Assembly: GCA_902784025.1 (NCBI GenBank)
Contig: CACZTF010000102.1
Span: forward strand, 1 to 32,423
DNA from: an uncultured Lachnospiraceae bacterium
GTDB lineage: Bacteria; Bacillota; Clostridia; Lachnospirales; Lachnospiraceae
DNA length: 32,423 nt
Reading direction: 5' to 3'
The position numbers were made by a program, and so were the translations under genes. Under the pieces are notes generated by a model, which did no database searches, was not told the origin of the DNA, and saw nothing but the letters and a program-made list of their open reading frames with translations. This document shows, in pieces, positions 25,037 to 32,423 of the stretch; position 1 is the stretch's first letter; the number at the start of each line of letters is the position of its first letter.

Positions 25037-25453
25037 TCAATCTTCCAACAACTCGATGCCGGCACTTTTCAGTACGGCATCGGTTTTTTTATCATCCTCA
25101 GTCTTCAGGATTATATGAGCATGATTTTCTTTTCTCCCTCCAAGGAAAGCATACATATAATCCACATCTATCCCCGACTTGTTAAGTACTGATATTATCT
25201 CATGCAGACTTCCGGGTCTGTCTTCTATAGTTGCACAGGTTACAGGTGTTATCCTGGCTATATATCCGGCATCCTTCAATACAGTAGCTGCATCATATGT
25301 GTCGTCTGTTATCAGCCGTACTATACCGAATTCTGAAGTCTCGGCAACGGACATTGCCTGTATATTTATATTATTATCAGACAGAACTCCCGAAAACTCT
25401 GACAACGATCCGGATTTGTTTTCCAAAAAAACTGATATCTGCGATATACTCAT
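25037..25453 (-). CDS. ACT domain-containing protein
   Basis: ISVFLENKSGSLSEFSGVLSDNNINIQAMSVAETSEFGIVRLI is a typical ACT fold. Strong AAGGAGGAG SD. I recall this as the usual partner gene downstream of paaK-like ligases in anaerobes. Confidence 0.85.
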   Translation of the reverse strand: MSISQISVFLENKSGSLSEFSGVLSDNNINIQAMSVAETSEFGIVRLITDDTYDAATVLKDAGYIARITPVTCATIEDRPGSLHEIISVLNKSGIDVDYMYAFLGGRKENHAHIILKTEDDKKTDAVLKSAGIELLED

Positions 25454-25588
25454 TTTTCTCCTCCTTATTTGTTGCTATTATAGTATACAGCTTAAACTAC
25501 GTCATCTTTCCGTATACGATATCCCTGCACACATATATGTGTTCTTGTCATGTGATCATCTTCCGGCAGCCGGTTACGGCCAGATGAT

Positions 25589-26890
25589 CTAAATCTTACG
25601 ATTATCGATGACTCTGACTGCTTTGCCCTCTGATCTGATTATAGACTTCGGTGCTACCAGTGTTACATTTGCCTTTATACCAAGCATGGAACGCAGTGCC
25701 GCCACCAGTTCATTCTGACGCCTGCTTATCTCGCCGACGTTATCCGTAAATACTTCGGGTGTCATTTCCACATGAACATCAAGAGTATCCGTATTGTTAA
25801 CTCTGTCCACAATGATCTGATAATTGGCCTGATATCCCTCTTTCAGAAGAACAGTCTCTATCTGTGAAGGGAACACATTTACACCGCGGATGATAAGCAT
25901 ATCATCAGTACGTCCCAGCGGTTTGGTCATTTTTACATGGGTACGTCCGCATCCGCATTTTTCGTGTGACAATATGCAAATGTCACGTGTCCTGTACCGG
26001 AGCAGAGGGAACGCTTTTTTTGTAATGGATGTAAATATCAATTCTCCCTTTTCACCATCCGGCAGCGGTTCCCCTGTTTCAGGATCAACTACCTCGGCTA
26101 TGAAATGATCTTCATTCACATGCATCCCTTTTTGTTCACTGCACTCAAAAGCCACACCCGGACCGGAAAGCTCCGTCAGTCCGTAGATATCGTATGCTTT
26201 TATCCCCAGGGTTTTCTGGATATCATTCCGCATTTCTTCACTCCAGGCCTCGGCTCCGAAGATACCTGCCTTAAGAGGAATCTCATCGGGTTTCATACCC
26301 ATTTCTTTCATGGACTCACCAAGGTATGCAGCATATGAAGGGGTGCAGCACAGAATTGTGGTCTTCAGGTCATTAATGAACATTATCTGCCTGTCCGTAT
26401 TTCCTGAAGATGTGGGAACCGTAAGACATCCTACCTTATGACTTCCGCCATTCAGACCGGGACCTCCCGTAAAAAGACCGTATCCGTAGGAAACCTGACA
26501 GACATCCTTTTTGCTTCCTCCCACAGCCACAATAGCTCTGGCACAGCAATCCTCCCAAAGGTCTATATCCTCTTTTGTGTAATATGCCACTACCCTTTTT
26601 CCGGTAGTACCTGATGTAGACTGGATACGCACACAATCATCAAGAGGAACTGCAACCAGTTTGTCCGGATAATTATCCCTGAGATCTGCCTTAGTAGTAA
26701 AGGGAAGCTTGTGCAGATCATCACGCCCTTTTATATCTTCAGGCTTTATACCCGCCTCCTCAAGCTTCTTCCTGTAAAACGGCACATTATCCCAAACGTG
26801 CTTAACCTGCGCAGCCAGCCGTTCATCCTGCATCTGTTTGATCTTCCCGGCTGAAGCACACTCTATCTCTTCCTGGAAATACGCTCCCAT
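25589..26890 (-). CDS. paaK: Phenylacetate-CoA ligase family protein (PaaK-like adenylate-forming enzyme)
   Basis: The N-terminus ...LAAQVKHVWDNVPFYRKKLEEAGI and the AMP-binding motif QSTSGTTGKRVV match. The length (433 aa) is typical of PaaK. Confidence 0.88.
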   Translation of the reverse strand: MGAYFQEEIECASAGKIKQMQDERLAAQVKHVWDNVPFYRKKLEEAGIKPEDIKGRDDLHKLPFTTKADLRDNYPDKLVAVPLDDCVRIQSTSGTTGKRVVAYYTKEDIDLWEDCCARAIVAVGGSKKDVCQVSYGYGLFTGGPGLNGGSHKVGCLTVPTSSGNTDRQIMFINDLKTTILCCTPSYAAYLGESMKEMGMKPDEIPLKAGIFGAEAWSEEMRNDIQKTLGIKAYDIYGLTELSGPGVAFECSEQKGMHVNEDHFIAEVVDPETGEPLPDGEKGELIFTSITKKAFPLLRYRTRDICILSHEKCGCGRTHVKMTKPLGRTDDMLIIRGVNVFPSQIETVLLKEGYQANYQIIVDRVNNTDTLDVHVEMTPEVFTDNVGEISRRQNELVAALRSMLGIKANVTLVAPKSIIRSEGKAVRVIDNRKI

Positions 26891-27116
26891 TACTGTTCTT
26901 CCTTTCGTGTTATGATGTATTTTATTGCTAAATTATTTTGTTAACTGCTTAAGTTCTAATTATAATCCATGAATATATCATAGTCAAAAGCTTTTTTTAT
27001 GATCATGTTTTATACTTAAATGTAATGATATCTGACTGCAGTGATAACGTTCCCAAACAGTTTTCTGCAGAACGACAAACAAAGATGAACACCTTCTTGT
27101 AACTGTTAGTACGAAA

Positions 27117-27146
27117 TAAAAAAAGCCCCCGTCAAAATGACATGGG
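27117..27146 (-). terminator. Rho-independent terminator of the 567-aa membrane protein gene
   Basis: Minus-strand RNA: GCCCAUGUC-AUUUU-GACGGGGGC followed by UUUUUUAUUU. Confidence 0.7.
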
Positions 27147-27230
27147 CGTCTTTAGTGTAGCTGCGACTAAAGATTATTAATTAAATAGTTTCCTTATGTT
27201 TGTTTTTTCAATATTTGTTTCATAAAGATC

Positions 27231-28934
27231 TTATTGATTGTCTTTCTTATTCCTGTAGTAATAAGGTGAATCAGTTGTGTCCTCTGAAGCATCCTTTGCG
27301 GGATCACTCACCTTATCTGCAGCACTGCTTACAGTGTTACCGGCTGTATCAGAGATATCCTTTGCATGAACTCCGGTTGTATCTGCCACAGAACCTGCCG
27401 TATCTTTAACATCTGTGCCTGCAGTATCATCCGGAGCATTAGCATTGCCGGGTACACTATCTGCCGCATCCTTAACTGAATCTGCCGCTGTTTCCGACTT
27501 CTTTCCGAATCCACCGAAGAATGAACCCTTCTTTTTCTTATCTGAATTTTTATCTGAAGATTTGGAGGAACCGATGCCGAACATATTTGATAAGGAATTT
27601 TCGTCCTTTTCAAAAATATCATCCGATTCACCTGCAGCTGCACGTGCGGCCTTTGTAGCCTCTCTCTTTGCCTTCTGCTTTTCAATATTCTCATCAAGCA
27701 CTTCAAGTTTCCTGGAAGCCCAGTGTCTTCCACCCACACCAAATGCAATAGCAAATGCGGCAGCCAGACCGATAACAAGTGCTGTAAAGAGTATGTGCAC
27801 AATGTTGCTTGCGATATGAAGCTGTGACAGGATCATAAATGCAGCAATGATATACACTACAGCCTTCACGCCCTTTGCAAATCCTTCACTGTCAGGACTT
27901 GCTTTAAGGATGATTTTGGAAAGCTTGTCTGCAACAAACCAGGCGATAAGGAATACGATGATAGCAGCAAGAATATTCGGCATATAAGCGATTATCGTTG
28001 TACCTATATTAGTGAGCACCTCTATATTCATGATGCGCAGACCTGCTACAACAAAGAAAATGATGATCACAACTTTTACTATTATCCCCAAAAGCTTGGA
28101 GAATGCTATAGCCGGATCTCCTTCCTTGTTCTTAGGCATGATCTCACCGATCTTCTGATCAAAGCCCGTGCCTTTGATAACATTTTCCAAAAGAGCACCG
28201 ATGATATTTGCAATAAATATACCGATAACGATAACGATAAGAGCAGCAAATAACAAAGGCAGATATGTAAATACTTTCTCGAGCATCCGTGATGCAGGAT
28301 CAGAAATAGAGTGCAGCTGCAGAGCCTGAAGAGCAGCTATCACAAAGATGATCATCAGAAGTGCAAATACGATATTTGAGATTATCCCGGAAAAAGAAGC
28401 ACTATTCTTACCGGACCTGATCCCAAGCTTACTCTGAAGTGAATCAATTCTGGTTTTTTGTAAGATTACTTTGAGAATATCGCGTACCAGCTTGGATAAG
28501 AAATATCCGAATACCAATATGATTATGGCAGCGATTATACGGGGAATGAATTCTACGAATTTCCTTGCCATACCGGAGATGGGTGAAGCCACGCTGTCCA
28601 CTCCAAGCTTATCAAGGGCTCCCGGCAGGAAGAGTAAAAATACGATAGCAAATACTAAGTTACCAATGATTGAGGCAAGCTGCGTCTTATTTTCCATAAG
28701 ACCTGCGAAAATACCCCTTTTTACATTTTCTTCTTCCTCGGCGACCGCATCGCCTTCAGTGTTTTTCTTTTCAGCCAGATGCTTCTTTGCATTTCTGTCA
28801 AAAACTTTAAGAAGGATCTTCTTAACGACAAAACGTGCTATAGCTGCTGCAACAAGCCCTACTATTAGGAGCAGCGCAGCCTGGATGGCTGAAGAAACAC
28901 CACCGAAAAAGTTAATTGAATCTAAAAAAAACAT
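27231..28934 (-). CDS. Polytopic membrane protein with repeated TM-helix units (MscS-associated TM_helix type) and a low-complexity Ala/Asp/Ser/Thr-rich C-terminal tail
   Basis: AAGGAG lies 9 nt before the ATG. About 8-10 hydrophobic helices have recurring ...IG.IV..iiiiif... patterns. The last ~150 aa are repetitive (DSVKDAADSV, TAGTDVKDTAGSVADTTG). Confidence 0.75.
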   Translation of the reverse strand: MFFLDSINFFGGVSSAIQAALLLIVGLVAAAIARFVVKKILLKVFDRNAKKHLAEKKNTEGDAVAEEEENVKRGIFAGLMENKTQLASIIGNLVFAIVFLLFLPGALDKLGVDSVASPISGMARKFVEFIPRIIAAIIILVFGYFLSKLVRDILKVILQKTRIDSLQSKLGIRSGKNSASFSGIISNIVFALLMIIFVIAALQALQLHSISDPASRMLEKVFTYLPLLFAALIVIVIGIFIANIIGALLENVIKGTGFDQKIGEIMPKNKEGDPAIAFSKLLGIIVKVVIIIFFVVAGLRIMNIEVLTNIGTTIIAYMPNILAAIIVFLIAWFVADKLSKIILKASPDSEGFAKGVKAVVYIIAAFMILSQLHIASNIVHILFTALVIGLAAAFAIAFGVGGRHWASRKLEVLDENIEKQKAKREATKAARAAAGESDDIFEKDENSLSNMFGIGSSKSSDKNSDKKKKGSFFGGFGKKSETAADSVKDAADSVPGNANAPDDTAGTDVKDTAGSVADTTGVHAKDISDTAGNTVSSAADKVSDPAKDASEDTTDSPYYYRNKKDNQ

Positions 28935-29166
28935 GATCGGTTTCTCCTTTCTTAATAAAAATTTAATAACTTTAGTCTTTTTTTATTATAAACCTATGTT
29001 ATTTTTTTACAATAAAAAATTTCAAATCAAACCGGTAAAATATGATTTTTTTAGATAGTAACGTCTTATATATATTCTTTTATTTCTTAAATATTTGCTG
29101 TTAACACCACCTGTTTCTTTAAAACCCACTGCTGATATGCATTGCTGTTGATCATATAGATGATGA

Positions 29167-30201
29167 TCAAACAAGTAAATGATCTATATGCATATTTGAC
29201 TTATCAGCAGAAATCTCCCCCAACGCCCCTGTTATGACCGGAACAGCCGGAGGAAGATGTCCCAGGTCTGCATCCATTACAATTGGAACTCCTAATTCCT
29301 CCAAATGAGCTGTTACTGCCAAATGTCTGTCTAAAACTCCTTCAGGCTCGTCAAAATGCATCGGACGTCCGAAAATAAATCCTGACACACCCTCAAACCA
29401 GCCTGCCTGTTTCATCTGCCACAACCCTCTTCTTATCTGGTAGACACTCAGATCACAAGCCTCCAGGAACCAGACCAGGCCATCGCCTTTATAGCGCTGT
29501 ATAAACTCCTTTACTTTATCAAACGGAGTTCCTATAAGGGTAAGTAAGGTATCCAGGCATCCTCCTATCATCCGTCCCTTCATAGTCACATTTTCCACGG
29601 TTTTATTTCCCAGGCACAATACCAGCTTTTTTTCTTCCGTCAGATTATAAGGCTCCAGGGGATCATCCGGTGTCTTAAGACTTTCAATCTCCCATTTGTC
29701 ATATCCGCTCACGCCAAGATGCTTACCTGAGATCATATCCCAGGTGTCCTCTAAAGACCTGTGCCATTTTTTCATTCCGAAAGTGGGAGCACATGGTCCG
29801 TATATTGCCGCAGTGTCCGCAAGAACAGCTGAAGTAAACGTAAAGTTTGTATTATCGGAATAGCCGAGAAACCATTTAGGCTTGGCCTTCTTTATCTTTT
29901 CAAAATCCACAAAAGGCAGGATCTCGCACATAAGCTCGCCGCCGCCACAGGAAATTATGATATCGCAATCACTACCTGTATATATTTCAGTAAGTTCCTT
30001 TCCGCATCTTCCCGGACTTGAACTTATTCCGATGCCATCAGACCTGGAACAGTTTTCTCCTGTAAAAGTCTTGTATCCCATTTCTGCAAATATTTTCTTA
30101 GCCGCCTCAAAACCTGACATATAAGGCTCTATGGTACAACCGTAGGACGGCGCCGCAAAACCTATGGTACCGCCCGGTCTTAAAAATTCCGGATATCGCA
30201 T
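29167..30201 (-). CDS. LD-carboxypeptidase (peptidase S66; LdcA/MccF-like)
   Basis: N-terminus LRPGGTIGFAAPS, nucleophile motif FLGYSDNT, and C-terminal MDADLGHLPP with the catalytic His. GGGAG is the SD. Confidence 0.85.
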   Translation of the reverse strand: MRYPEFLRPGGTIGFAAPSYGCTIEPYMSGFEAAKKIFAEMGYKTFTGENCSRSDGIGISSSPGRCGKELTEIYTGSDCDIIISCGGGELMCEILPFVDFEKIKKAKPKWFLGYSDNTNFTFTSAVLADTAAIYGPCAPTFGMKKWHRSLEDTWDMISGKHLGVSGYDKWEIESLKTPDDPLEPYNLTEEKKLVLCLGNKTVENVTMKGRMIGGCLDTLLTLIGTPFDKVKEFIQRYKGDGLVWFLEACDLSVYQIRRGLWQMKQAGWFEGVSGFIFGRPMHFDEPEGVLDRHLAVTAHLEELGVPIVMDADLGHLPPAVPVITGALGEISADKSNMHIDHLLV

Positions 30202-30238
30202 ATTGTTTCTCCCTGTTCATTATGATTAAGACATATAA

Positions 30239-30260
30239 GACTGGGTAATGTTCTCTGTCC
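30239..30260 (+). repeat. Possible solo copy of the terminal motif of the 5016-5241 element
   Basis: GACTGGGTAATGTTCTCTGTCC matches the left terminus GACAGGGGACAGTTCTCTGTCT at 17 of 22 positions (the last 10 nt but one are identical). It lies 37 nt upstream of the LD-carboxypeptidase ATG. Confidence 0.3.
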
Positions 30261-30279
30261 TACTCCTGCTCATATGCAG

Positions 30280-30307
30280 AAAAAAAACTGCCGTATAAAA
30301 CGGCAGT
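30280..30307 (-). terminator. Rho-independent terminator of mecA
   Basis: Minus-strand RNA: ACUGCCG-UUUUAUA-CGGCAGU followed by UUUUUUU. Confidence 0.8.
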
Positions 30308-30320
30308 CTGCAACCTGTTA

Positions 30321-30974
30321 TCAGCCGCAATATTTTTTTATTGTATTTATGGCATTCTTTTCGAGAAGAACTTTGCCATGTTCTTTAAGATACTCAATTT
30401 CAAGTTCCTTGGATGTATAAATATCAGAATACTCTAATATGTTAGCAATGAAAGAAACGAAAGCACGCTCGGAACACGATTTTCTTATTATTATCATATA
30501 AAAACCATAATCCTCTCCCTTAACGAGCTTACTTTCTATACCTCTGGTCTTTTTGGAAACAGAGCAGAATCTCTCCACATCCTTAAGGCTTTCGAAGCGG
30601 AAAACCACAGGAATGGACAAAGCCTGTTTTACTATCTCGTCAGCCGTAGGTATCTCCTCTGCAACCTGAAAAGTGTTAACACCCTCTTCACCGATCACAG
30701 GTCTGATAAGATCGGGAATCGCATCCTCCTGTCTTGATGAAACCGTAAGGAGGAGTGTATGATTCGGCTGGGGTACAAGCTGAAGAGACATAACATTACC
30801 TGCGATGTCCACACCTATCTGCTCATACGCTTCTTCAACAACTGTTTCCAAAAGGTCATGGATCTTCTCCGGATCGGAATGAAGAAAATCCTCTATGGTT
30901 ATATTAAAGTTTTTCATATCCTCCTGATACAAGATGCACTGAAATTTATTATCGCTTATTTTTCTGAATTTCAT
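30321..30974 (-). CDS. mecA: Adaptor protein MecA (ClpC adaptor)
   Basis: MKFRKISDNKFQCILYQEDMKNFNITIEDFL... matches the MecA N-terminal pattern. AAAGGGGG lies upstream of ATG 30974, so the track's 14 extra codons are unlikely. Confidence 0.82.
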   Translation of the reverse strand: MKFRKISDNKFQCILYQEDMKNFNITIEDFLHSDPEKIHDLLETVVEEAYEQIGVDIAGNVMSLQLVPQPNHTLLLTVSSRQEDAIPDLIRPVIGEEGVNTFQVAEEIPTADEIVKQALSIPVVFRFESLKDVERFCSVSKKTRGIESKLVKGEDYGFYMIIIRKSCSERAFVSFIANILEYSDIYTSKELEIEYLKEHGKVLLEKNAINTIKKYCG

Positions 30975-31136
30975 ATGCTTACCCCCTTTAAACCTATTCT
31001 GCCGGGTCATATGCATTTCTAAAATGTCTTGCGGTCAATGCCGCAGACTTCGGGATAAATCCGCATATTTCCCTAAAGGCTTAGTGTAAATGTAAATACC
31101 GTCTACAGTCCATCTGTATTATAACACAAATTGTAT

Positions 31137-31196
31137 AAAAAATAAAGGAAGCGGCAAAATATCAGATTATTATCACATTCGATATCTGCAGCTTCC
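31137..31196 (-). terminator. Rho-independent terminator of the ilv operon
   Basis: Minus-strand RNA: GGAAGCUGCAGAUAUC-loop-GAUAUUUUGCCGCUUCC followed by UUUAUUUUUU. Confidence 0.6.
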
Positions 31197-31221
31197 GTTA
31201 TCATATGTCTGAAAGTTTTTA

Positions 31222-32277
<1,056 letters not shown>

Positions 32278-32423
32278 TTATTTAATATCTGCAAATCCTC
32301 TGGCAAGTCCCGTGATACCGGTCCTTGCTACCTCCATAACCTCGAATCCGCTCAAGAGTTCCATAAAAGCACCCAGCTTACTGAATTCCCCAGTGATCTC
32401 CACCATGACGGAATCCGAAGAAA
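32278..32423 (-). CDS. ilvN: Acetolactate synthase small (regulatory) subunit, C-terminal 48 codons (the 5' part lies beyond the window end)
   Basis: Not in the ORF track because it is open at the window edge. The minus-strand translation ends ...SSDSVMVEITGEFSKLGAFMELLSGFEVMEVARTGITGLARGFADIK*, which is the IlvN/IlvH C-terminal pattern. It lies directly upstream of ilvC. Confidence 0.85.
   Translation of the reverse strand, partial: SSDSVMVEITGEFSKLGAFMELLSGFEVMEVARTGITGLARGFADIK

Noticed and set aside
27040-27110. Similarity to internal parts of the 226-bp element upstream of the membrane-protein terminator: GACAAACAAAGATGA versus GACAAACAAGAATGA, and ACAGTTTTCTG versus ACAGTTCTCTG.
   Set aside because: The order and orientation of the pieces do not match the element. 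My back-of-envelope count says 13/15 matches between any element 15-mer and 2 x 32 kb are expected about ten times by chance.
27329-27819. 157-aa and 134-aa ORFs overlapping the 3' part of the 567-aa membrane protein gene.
   Set aside because: They lie in the low-complexity tail region, where alternative frames stay open. They have no SD and no independent signals.

Overview
This looks like a low-GC Firmicute (Clostridia-like) core chromosomal segment, transcribed almost entirely from the minus strand. Reading from high to low coordinates, the genes are: ilvN (partial), ilvC, mecA, an LD-carboxypeptidase, a 567-aa TM-helix-repeat membrane protein, paaK plus an ACT-domain protein, pckA, an alaA-like aminotransferase plus a lipid kinase, and tRNA-Leu(CAG). 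Next comes a plus-strand MoxR/DUF58/transglutaminase operon, a secreted cell-wall-repeat/PepSY protein and tRNA-Trp(CCA). These are followed by a TetR regulator with a divergent small ORF, NrdR-controlled nrdD, a roughly one-third-histidine tandem-repeat protein, a small membrane protein, proB-[unknown 397 aa]-MTHFS-proA, and miaB-mutS-mutL (partial). I found no IS element, phage gene, CRISPR array or recognisable defence gene, so this is mostly an ordinary housekeeping region. Four things deserve a second look. (1) A 226-bp end-to-end rod-like hairpin sits between proA and miaB. Its imperfections are RNA-compatible only on the plus (antisense) strand, and two possible solo copies of its terminal motif occur elsewhere. 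(2) An in-frame TAG at codon 11 of mutS removes the GDFYE mismatch-binding motif from the remaining ORF. (3) A His-rich protein built from 189-bp tandem repeats occupies the slot after nrdD where nrdG would be expected. Its promoter carries a near-identical copy of the nrdD NrdR box. (4) The proBA pair is split by an uncharacterised, translationally coupled 397-aa gene plus 5-formyl-THF cyclo-ligase. All calls come from reading the sequence and the ORF track by eye. No database search, folding program or statistics package was run.
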